Shown here: one piece after another, positions 56,090 to 64,000 of the stretch
How the letters are laid out: every line of letters begins with the position of its first letter
Position numbering within the stretch: the first letter of the stretch is position 1
Source of the DNA: Rhizaria sp. SCN 62-66
Lineage: Eukaryota
NCBI GenBank assembly: GCA_001724265.1
Contig: MEDY01000034.1
Coordinates: 1 to 64,000 of the forward strand
Length of the DNA: 64,000 bases
Direction: 5' to 3'
Made by a program: the position numbers and the translations under genes
The notes under the pieces: model-generated
Seen by the model: only the letters and a program-made list of their open reading frames with translations
Database searches by the model: none
Told to the model about the DNA's origin: nothing

Positions 56090-56451
56090 CTGCGCGAACA
56101 AAAAAGAGGCAGCACAAGGCACATATATAGAATTAGCAAGTATAAAAAGAAAAATATAGCTAAAACGTATCTTAGAATATAATAATCAAAAGACACTCTG
56201 AAATTATGGACATGCATGTCACAATCGACATATAAAATTTCAAAAGTTGTCTAACGGCTATGTCGCTGTGTGTGCGGCCGACCCCCACCGTCCACCACTT
56301 GCCGCTGTCAAGCACCAGTCAAACTCGTGTCACAAAGTTATAAGAGAAGCGATACCAAACCATAAATAGAGTGTATGCAATAATTAACTATATAATCAAA
56401 TAAATTAGTGTGCACTGTACACAAAATGCACCAATAAATATCTTCACAAAA

Positions 56452-59400
56452 TTACATGTCGAGCGAAATCCCCCACGCAAAGGCTGCGTCGAGTTTCCTG
56501 CCCGACCGGAAAGAAGTCGCGTCAACCTCGACCATCGCGCTCATGCGCACACCAGGCGCAAACGACGCGGGCCCTGCGGTCACCACGGCTTGCGCCACGC
56601 CGGTCGTAGCGAGATTGCAGCCGATGACAAGGGCCGGAACCGCACCGGATGCCAACGTAGTGGCCGTGGGCACCTCGAGACGATTGCGCCAGGATTGCGA
56701 CTGCGCTTGCGGCTGTTGCGCTGCCTTGATGGTTGATGTTGGCGATGCACGACTGAGCAGCGCAAGTGTCTCCCTGTGCTCGATCTCGGCAGCATCAGCC
56801 CTCAGCGCCCCCGCCCCGCTACTATGGCCGGCCCCCGTGGCGCGCGCCACCGCGCTCTGCACGCCCGCCTTGATCACAGAGAAAAAACCGGCGCCCGTGG
56901 CCGTGGCCGCGGCGCGCGCGGTAGGCGTGGACTCGAAGAACGCCTTGGCGATCTGGACCTCGTAGTCGGCAACGTAGCGACCCGCCTGTGCGACGCCGGA
57001 GCACGACTGCGCCTTTAGGTCCGCCACGCTCCTCGCGTCGTCCCGGCCATCGCGCGCCATGAGCTGCTGGCGCAGCGACTGCGGCGTCACTGGCACGGGC
57101 TCAGCGTTGGCGTTGGCGGTCGCGGCGTAAGGCGACGAGGCGGGGGCCGTCTCGCGCCACTCGAAGCCCGCAATGTCGGTCGGCCAGTCGCGCGCGTCGG
57201 CCACCACGCCCGCGCCGCCCAGCGCGCGGTAGCCCACCGCGCGCGCGCCGACGACGAGCCCCGGCGCGGCCTCGTGCGTCAGCAGCAGCTCGCTCACGTC
57301 GGACCGCAGCGCGCGCGAGTAGCGCACGTGCGTGCTGCCACCGCTGTGGAGGCTAGGACTGAGGCAGAATGTGCGCAAATCAGGCGACTGTGAGTCCTCA
57401 TCAGTCAATGCCTGCTCATCCACGCTGCCGTTGGTGTCAGCCTCGGGCGACTGGACGCAGTTCGCGGCCCGTGCGCCGCCGCCGAGCGTGAGGTGGACCG
57501 AGGCGGCGTCGGCGACGAGCGTGGGAAACGCGGTGAGGAACCGCGCGACGCGTTGCGGCACCGGGATCGGCTCGTCCGTGGGCGCCGCGACGCGCGCTGG
57601 CAGCAGGGGCGCGGCCGGCAGCGCCGACGCGTCGGGGGTGACCGTCAGCGCGTAGTGCGCCGAGAGCCGGTACGACACGGGGGCAGCGCTCGCGACGCTC
57701 GCAGGTACACTCGCAGACACAGTCGAAGGAACACTCGCACTGGAGTCAGCGCCAACAGTAACCTTGGGCGTGGCCGTCGCAATCGCCGGTAGCGCAGGCG
57801 GCGCCGAGAGGTATGACAGCACGGAGTCGACGGCGGCGACGGCCTTGGTGCGCCACCACACGCCCGTGGGCGGCGGCGGCGGCGGCGGCAGCGCCTGCAC
57901 GAAAGGATGCCGCTCGAACGCGGGCACAAATGCAGTCATCAGCGCCTCCGTGGTGTCGAATTGCTCCGCCACGGCGCGGGCACTGGCCCCCGCGGCGACG
58001 GCCGCCGCGCGCGCCTGTGCCCGCTGCTGCAGCACAAGGCGCATGGTGTCATCGGCGGCGGCGTTGAGGTAGGCCTCGAGCAGCCCCGTGCGTTGCGCCG
58101 GCGCTGCGTAGTAGTCGCGGTAGAGCTCGCTGGGCGTCACTGCGGGCCGCGCCAGCCGCGTCATGTGCGCCGGGTGCGGCGCGTATGGTGACAGCCGCGA
58201 GAGCTCCGCGAGCTCCTCCCGCTCCTCGCGCGCCGCGGCCTCGGCGGCGGCGGCGGCGGCGGCGCGCTGGGCGGCGGCCACCGGGTCGACCGAGGCGTCG
58301 TCGCTGTGGTACTTGGACTCGAACGGGTACTTTGTGCGCAGTCTCTGCTCCTCTTCCCGGCGCAGCCGCTCCTGCTGCTGCTCCGCCGTCTCCGCAGCCC
58401 CACTGCCCTGAACTTGGGCGTGGCTGCGCTGGTGAGCCGAGGCCGCGCCGAGCTGCGGCACCGCGAGCGCGCGCGCGCCGTCCTGCAGCGGCGGCGGGAT
58501 CGCGTCCAGACTCGCCACGGGCATCAGAACAAGCGCCCCGGCCGCCGTGGTCCCGCCGGCCGCCGCGGGCGGGTTCATCGGCGGCATCACCTGCGCCGGC
58601 CGCAGCAGCATCGTGCTGGAGCCCAACCTGCGCCCGTCGGGCAGCAGCACGGCGGTGCCCGCGGTGCCGGGCAGCGGCGGCGGCGGCAGACCCAGATTGA
58701 GGTCGGCGGTGAGCGCGTTGTCGAAGCCCAGAGTGGGGCCCTGGGGGAAGATGTACGTGTCGCGAATAAAGCCCACGAGGTGAGACCGCGCCAGCTCCTC
58801 GATGCCGGGGGGCGCCTGCGAGTCGCGCGACCAGGGGAACGGGCGCCGGGAGGACGAGAACGATGTCTCGATCAGCGCCGCGAAGGGATCCCGCAGCGGG
58901 GCGATTTGCGGCACGGTCTGTGGCTTTGTAGACCCGGACTTAGCCTTCTCAGCAGCAGTGGCGGCAGCGGCAGTGGCTTCGGCGGCTTTGACCTCAGCGG
59001 GCGTGAGCTGGGGCTGCAAGTGCGCCTGGTAGAGCGACGAGGGGGCGACAGAGGCATGGTTTGCAGCGGACGCAACGACAGCTGTGTCTGTAGTCGCCGC
59101 AGGCGCAGCGTGAGCTAGCTGCTGCGGCTGCTGCGGCTGCTGTGGCAGTTGCGGTTGGCCAGCGAGCTTGAGCTTGTGCTGCTGCCACTCGAGCTCGCCC
59201 GCGCCGAGCCGCGGCAGCGACGGGTAGTCGATCACCACTACAGGCAGCACCGGCGCCGCGCTCGCGCTCGCACTCGCAGAGCTGGCGTTGGAGTCGCCGC
59301 CAACAGTCGCGCTGCCGCTGCCGCTGCCGCTGCCGCTGGGCGAGCGGAGCGCGGCGGAGAGCGCGGGCGGCGCCGTGAGGTCCAGCGGCGGCAGCGCGTA

Positions 59401-60528
59401 CAGCGGGCGCGTCTCGGCCTCGGCGAGCTCCTGCCAGGACCGGAAGCGCTCGCCGTGCTTGGCGGGCCACGCGGCAGCGCGCGCGGTGTCGGTCCCCGCG
59501 GCGAGAAAGGCTCGCACGCGCGACAGCGCGGAGGCCGTGAGCGCGCGCAGGGGCGCCGCGGCGTCGGGACCCGCGCACAACAGCGCGCGGGCCTGCAGCG
59601 TAACTGTCGGCGCGGGGTGTGGCGCGGGCGGCAGCGTCAAGGGCGCGGTCGTCTGAGCGGCGCCCGGGGCGGATGTGTTGCTCGCGTCTGTGGCGGCGGC
59701 GCCGCCGCTGGAGCTGCCGGTGAAGGGCATGAGGGGGGCGATGCGGGCCAGCGTCGCGGACAGCGCGGCTGGGTCGTGGTAGGGCTTCAGTGGGGCGCCG
59801 CTGCAGTCGCTCACAGCAAGGTTGTGATCCGCCCCGTGCAAGAGGGAAGAGTCTGACTGGGTGAGCTCTGTGAGTCGCGCGACGGACGCGGCTGCGGCGG
59901 CCGTGATGCGGCTCGCGGGGGCGTCCGGCGCACGCTGGCACAGCTCCGCGGGCGGCGTGGACACCGTGGCAGAAAATGCAAGCGTGGGCGTGCGGTACGA
60001 TATCGTGGCGGCCGTGGGTGCGAGCGCCGCGGGGAGGTAGCAGGCGGGAAACGCTGTCGCTGATGCAGCAGGGTGCGCGTACTCGCTGTGAGGCAGCGAC
60101 GCATCGAGAGAGTACAGCGAGACAGCAAGGGACGCGGGCGCAGCGTTATTGTCGCTGAAATCGGTGGGTCTCGCGGGCGGAAGCAGAGCGCATGAGTCCG
60201 CGGTGGGGTCCGCGAGTTGGGGATAAAGGCGAGTGGCGAGGAGGGCAGAAGGCCGCGACTCGTCTGCATGGGGGTATAATACGAAATATAACAACATTAT
60301 TTGAGTGTGAGCTTCTGCATTGGAATCATTGTAGACTCGTGTGTGCTTTTGAAAAGAAAAATTTGTTGGGGAGCTCTTTGGAATTCAGTACGTACCGAAA
60401 GAAGTGAAGGTTGGTGCGCCTGTGGTCGAGTGCCAAGTGTTTGACTCTAAACGAGTGTGGTTAACATCGGGCAGTGCCATGTGCACAGCAGTATTCCTTC
60501 CAGAAGAAGGAATTGCTGGAGTGCTCAT
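56452..60528 (-). CDS. About 1315-aa low-complexity protein with porin-3 (Mdm10/Tom40/VDAC-like) beta-barrel segments; exons 60528-60396 and 60263-56452
   Basis: Intron GTACGT...TGCAG (60395-60264, phase 1) links MSTPAIP...FTSFD to the long ORF. The C-terminus LVIGCNLATTGVAQAVV...PGVRMSAMVEVD...FAWGISLDM* looks like terminal strands and a beta-signal. The gene is likely real; the family call is about 0.45. Confidence 0.75.
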
Positions 60529-60992
60529 CTTGATCTGCTATGATTTGCTTGCTAACGGAACACCCAAGCCAATCAGGACAACTTCGTCCAGCTGCTTATC
60601 ACTCCGACTCGAGGGCCTTGCACAGGTCGAAGTAATCCTTTTAGTCGAGCTGAAAATTGGCCAGCAGCTGCTGGCGCACACAGACGAATCTCTCCGGGAG
60701 GGGGGGCGAGGTGGTCCATTTTCGCCCGCTTGTTTCCGGCATGTTCGCCGTTTCCTTCAATGCACGGTATCATTTTTTCGATAATACTATGCTGCGAACC
60801 TTATGTTTTATGAATCTTAGTCCGATCCAACTTGTGTGTGTGGCGCTACAATCGATGCCGGACTTGCTCCGTGACCAGTCATGAGAGGAGCCTTCGAAAT
60901 GTTTACTAACAGGCGGCTTTGATTCTACTATGCGCCCTCAAGATTATAAGCTCACGCACAATACTGCCCATATCTTGTTTTATGCCAGAAAT

Positions 60993-62603
60993 ATGTCGTC
61001 TCTTGTGGAGAGTCTTGTCAAGACGTTGACCAGGACCGACGGTGTCTCAGTCACCCTGAACGCACTCGCTCTCTATGGCATCTACAAGCTCGCCAAGAAG
61101 GCCGCTTCCAAGCTCACCCTCAAGAACCTCATGTCCGCCATCCCTGGCGCTCAGGCTGCCGTGACTGCCGAGCTTGAGAAAGAGGTCACCAAGGCTGTGA
61201 CCGACATGTTCACCCCCCTCGTGCCTGAGGACCAGGTGATGCACAAGATGCCCGAGAAGACCGGCAACTTCGACACCCTTCTCGCCCAGATGAAGGAGTT
61301 CGGCACCAAGAACGCGCAGCCCGACGGAAAGCACTTTGCCTACATGTACACCACGCAGCGTGCCGAGTTCAGCGAGTTCATGAACAAGGTCTTCGCCCTT
61401 TTCGCCAGCGCCAACGCACTCAACCCCACCGCGTTCCCTGCCCTGCGTAAGTTCGAGGTCGACGTCACCAAGATGGCTGCGAACCTCTTCAACTGCCCCT
61501 CCGCTGTCGGCACCATGACTTCCGGCGGCACGGAGAGCATTATCTGCGCGATCAAGACCTACCGCGACTCTGCGCGCGAGAAGTGGTCCCACATCACCAA
61601 GCCCGAAGTCGTGATCCCTGTCACGGGCCACGTGGCGTTCCCTAAGGCCGGCGCCATCCTCGACGTCACGTTCCGCTTTATCCAACTCAAGGAGGACATG
61701 ACCGTGGACATGAAGGCCTACGCCGCGGCGATCAACGACAACACGATCCTGCTCGTCGGCTCGGCCCCGCAGTATCCGCACGGCATCGTCGACCCCATTG
61801 AGGCCATCACCGCGCTCGCCGCCTCGGCCGTCAAGGGCCGCACTCTGCCCGTCCACGTTGACGCCTGCATCGGCGGCTTTGTTCTCCCGTTCGTCGAGCG
61901 CCTCGGCTACCCCGTGCCGCTGTGGGATTTCCGCGTGCCCGGCGTCACGTCGATCTCGGCCGACCTGCACAAGTACGGCTACTCCGCCAAGGGCGCGTCC
62001 ACGCTGCTCTTCCGCTCGCGCGAGCTGCGCAAGTTTCAGTTCTGGGCCTTTACCCGCTGGCCCGGAGGCCTTTTCGTCTCCCCGTCGCTGCTCGGCACCC
62101 GCGGCGGCGGCGCCATCGCGTCTGCGTGGGCAGCGCTCGTCGGCCTCGGCATCCAGGGCTTCACCGAGCTCACCAAGATCACCATGGACACGCGCGACAG
62201 TATCATCGCCCACGTCGCCAAGAACAAGCACATCCAGCTCCTCGGCACGCCGCACGGCAGCATCGTCGCCTTCCGGTCGGTGAACCCGCAGCTTAACATC
62301 CTGAGCGTTGCCGACCACATGGGCACCAAGGGTTGGGGCATGGAGCGCCAAATGCACCCCGACTGCATCCACATGACGCTCATGCCCGCGCACGCCGCCA
62401 AGTGGCAGCAGCTTGTCGCCGACCTGGACGAGTCCGTGGAGCACGTGCTCGCGCATCCGGAGCTCGCTAAGACCGGCTCCGCGGCCATGTACGGCATGGT
62501 CGCCAAGATCCCCAGCGACACCATCGTCGAGGACTTCCTCATCGAGTTCGAATCCCAGGTCTTCGACGCCGACAAGTACCACGCCGCTGCGCCCCCCGCG
62601 TAA
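60993..62603 (+). CDS. SGPL1: Sphingosine-1-phosphate lyase (fold-type I PLP)
   Basis: NALNPTAFPALRKFE, GTMTSGGTESI, LLVGSAPQYPHGIVDPI, HVDACIGGF, WDFRVPGVTSISADLHKYGYSAKG, WPGGLFVSPSLLGTRGG, AAMYG; N-terminal hydrophobic anchor; TAA stop. Confidence 0.95.
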   Translation: MSSLVESLVKTLTRTDGVSVTLNALALYGIYKLAKKAASKLTLKNLMSAIPGAQAAVTAELEKEVTKAVTDMFTPLVPEDQVMHKMPEKTGNFDTLLAQMKEFGTKNAQPDGKHFAYMYTTQRAEFSEFMNKVFALFASANALNPTAFPALRKFEVDVTKMAANLFNCPSAVGTMTSGGTESIICAIKTYRDSAREKWSHITKPEVVIPVTGHVAFPKAGAILDVTFRFIQLKEDMTVDMKAYAAAINDNTILLVGSAPQYPHGIVDPIEAITALAASAVKGRTLPVHVDACIGGFVLPFVERLGYPVPLWDFRVPGVTSISADLHKYGYSAKGASTLLFRSRELRKFQFWAFTRWPGGLFVSPSLLGTRGGGAIASAWAALVGLGIQGFTELTKITMDTRDSIIAHVAKNKHIQLLGTPHGSIVAFRSVNPQLNILSVADHMGTKGWGMERQMHPDCIHMTLMPAHAAKWQQLVADLDESVEHVLAHPELAKTGSAAMYGMVAKIPSDTIVEDFLIEFESQVFDADKYHAAAPPA

Positions 62604-63001
62604 GGGTCTTGCCGGGTGCATGCTGTGGGCTGTGAAAAGGAGGGAGTAGTCATTTTTGTGTATCGTTTGAAGTTGCTGACAGCGCGCTACGGTGCACGTC
62701 TGAGGTGGCAGCCGATGAGTGCGGCGTAATCCCGCAGTCTCTCGTAATTGGTATGATTAATGTGATTTATAACAATGGATGTGGGTTTGAAAACATTTCT
62801 ACGTGCTGCTTTTGTGAAGGAGATCTTGCGCTACTGAGCTGTCTACAACAAGATTCGCGACAGAAACGTTTAAAACACCATTAGTCAATAAAATAATATG
62901 AAGTACTGCAATCAATGATCGAGATAAATAAATTCAAGTGTGTATTGTGGTCACTGTGGAAAACTATGGTAACATATGATAAATATTATTGTCTGTAGTG
63001 A

Positions 63002-64000
63002 TTATTGAGTGTCACTGTCCTGTTGGTGGCTATTTTGATACTTCATCTTGACCTCCGCGCGTCGGGCTTTACGCTCATCGCGTGTCTTGGCCTTCTTATC
63101 CTCCAGTGCACGCGAACGCAGTTCATCAATCACAGTAAAGGGAACATACATTTCACTCGAAGCAGTTGCCGCTCGTGCAGCTGGGAGACCAAGCTCGCGT
63201 AGCGTCACTGTGGCGTCGGTATGGAACTGCTGCATCACATCTCCAAAAAACGGCTTAGCATCACTGTTCAAGTGCAGCGACTGCAAGCATCCGTGCGTTG
63301 TGTCGAACGCTGAGGCGAAGTCGGGGTAGAGCAGTGCGGCCGCCGTGGGGTCGGAGAAACGCAACGCAACATCACTCGAGTTGCGAGCTTGCTTGGCGGC
63401 AGTGATTAAGTCAGTGTTACTCGCAGTCTACATTGTAGCAAGAGGAACATAACACGGAATGTGCGCCTAACAGCTCTGCACACCACTGCCATTCACCGCA
63501 CTGTTAGCAGCGGCGACACGCATCGGTGCGATAACAGTCGAGAACTCGCGACGAGTAGTCTTTATGTTGTTCTGCACACCGCCAGTGGTACTAGAGCGAC
63601 CAATGCTGGCGATCTTGCCGCTACCAGCAAACCACTGCTTGCTGGCGCCACCAGTCTTTAAGTCACCCGCATTTGCGTTGTCGCGACTCGTCTTATTGTC
63701 GCTGCCTGCCTTGTTATTGTTAGGCGCTACGGTCACATTGGCACCAGCAGCAGTGGCGTCAGCAGCACTCGCAGTAACAGCAGCGGCAGCGGCGGCGGCG
63801 GCGCGGTCGGCGGCCTCCCTGTCACGGCGGTTCAGCCGCGAGCCTTGCACGCGCTTCGCTGTGGCGTCAATCGCCGCGCTTGCAGTTGCAGCGCACTTGT
63901 ACGAAGTGTCCAAGGCATCACCTGCGGCAATGATTGACAGCTCGGACTGCAGCGACGCAGGGCGGAGGAATGCGGAAGCAGCACGGATACGACGCTTGTT
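63002..64000 (-). CDS. 3' part of an unknown protein; one frame interrupted by two TAGs (63469-63467, 63430-63428) or by a short intron
   Basis: Frame is open from 64000 to the first TAG. Track ORFs 63467..63913 and 63002..63364 share a frame. Ends in a charged tail (KKAKTRDERKARRAEVKMKY) and TAA followed by AT-rich DNA. Confidence 0.65.

Noticed and set aside
3487-63004. UAA also reassigned (ciliate-type code)
   Set aside because: TAA falls at plausible ends of ODC, SPL and the barrel gene, and is followed by non-coding-like sequence.
63428-63471. 44-nt intron GTTAGG...ATGTAG removing both TAGs
   Set aside because: It shifts the frame to TAC TGC GAG TAA and stops at once; only phase-0 donors remain possible.
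1-64000. CRISPR arrays, transposons, rRNA, prokaryotic operons or defence systems
   Set aside because: No spaced direct repeats, terminal repeats, or transposase/RT motifs seen; repeats are coding microsatellites and the genes are eukaryotic.

Overview
Gene-dense, GC-rich nuclear DNA from a eukaryote, probably a flagellated protist because it carries a CEP120-like gene; it is not prokaryotic. Eleven protein-coding loci are separated by short AT-rich spacers, with a few 97-148 nt spliceosomal introns that mostly use a GTACGT donor. In order: a Mdm12-like ERMES SMP protein (partial), ornithine decarboxylase, a small protein (possibly NDUFB10-like) head-to-head with COX20, a 10,077-aa intronless WDFY3/ALFY-like BEACH-FYVE protein, Brr2/SNRNP200, Uso1/p115, a truncated CEP120, an expanded Mdm10/Tom40/VDAC-fold barrel candidate, sphingosine-1-phosphate lyase, and a partial unknown gene. 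Top leads: (1) an in-frame TAG that splits the Mdm12 domain, two more in-frame TAGs in the last gene, and no TAG among 10 inferred terminal stops, hinting at UAG readthrough or reassignment; (2) an 11-aa uORF ending Pro-Pro-Ser-stop whose TAA overlaps the ODC ATG (TAATG), a candidate polyamine/eIF5A-sensing switch. All family calls come from motif recognition by eye against remembered sequences; no searches were run.
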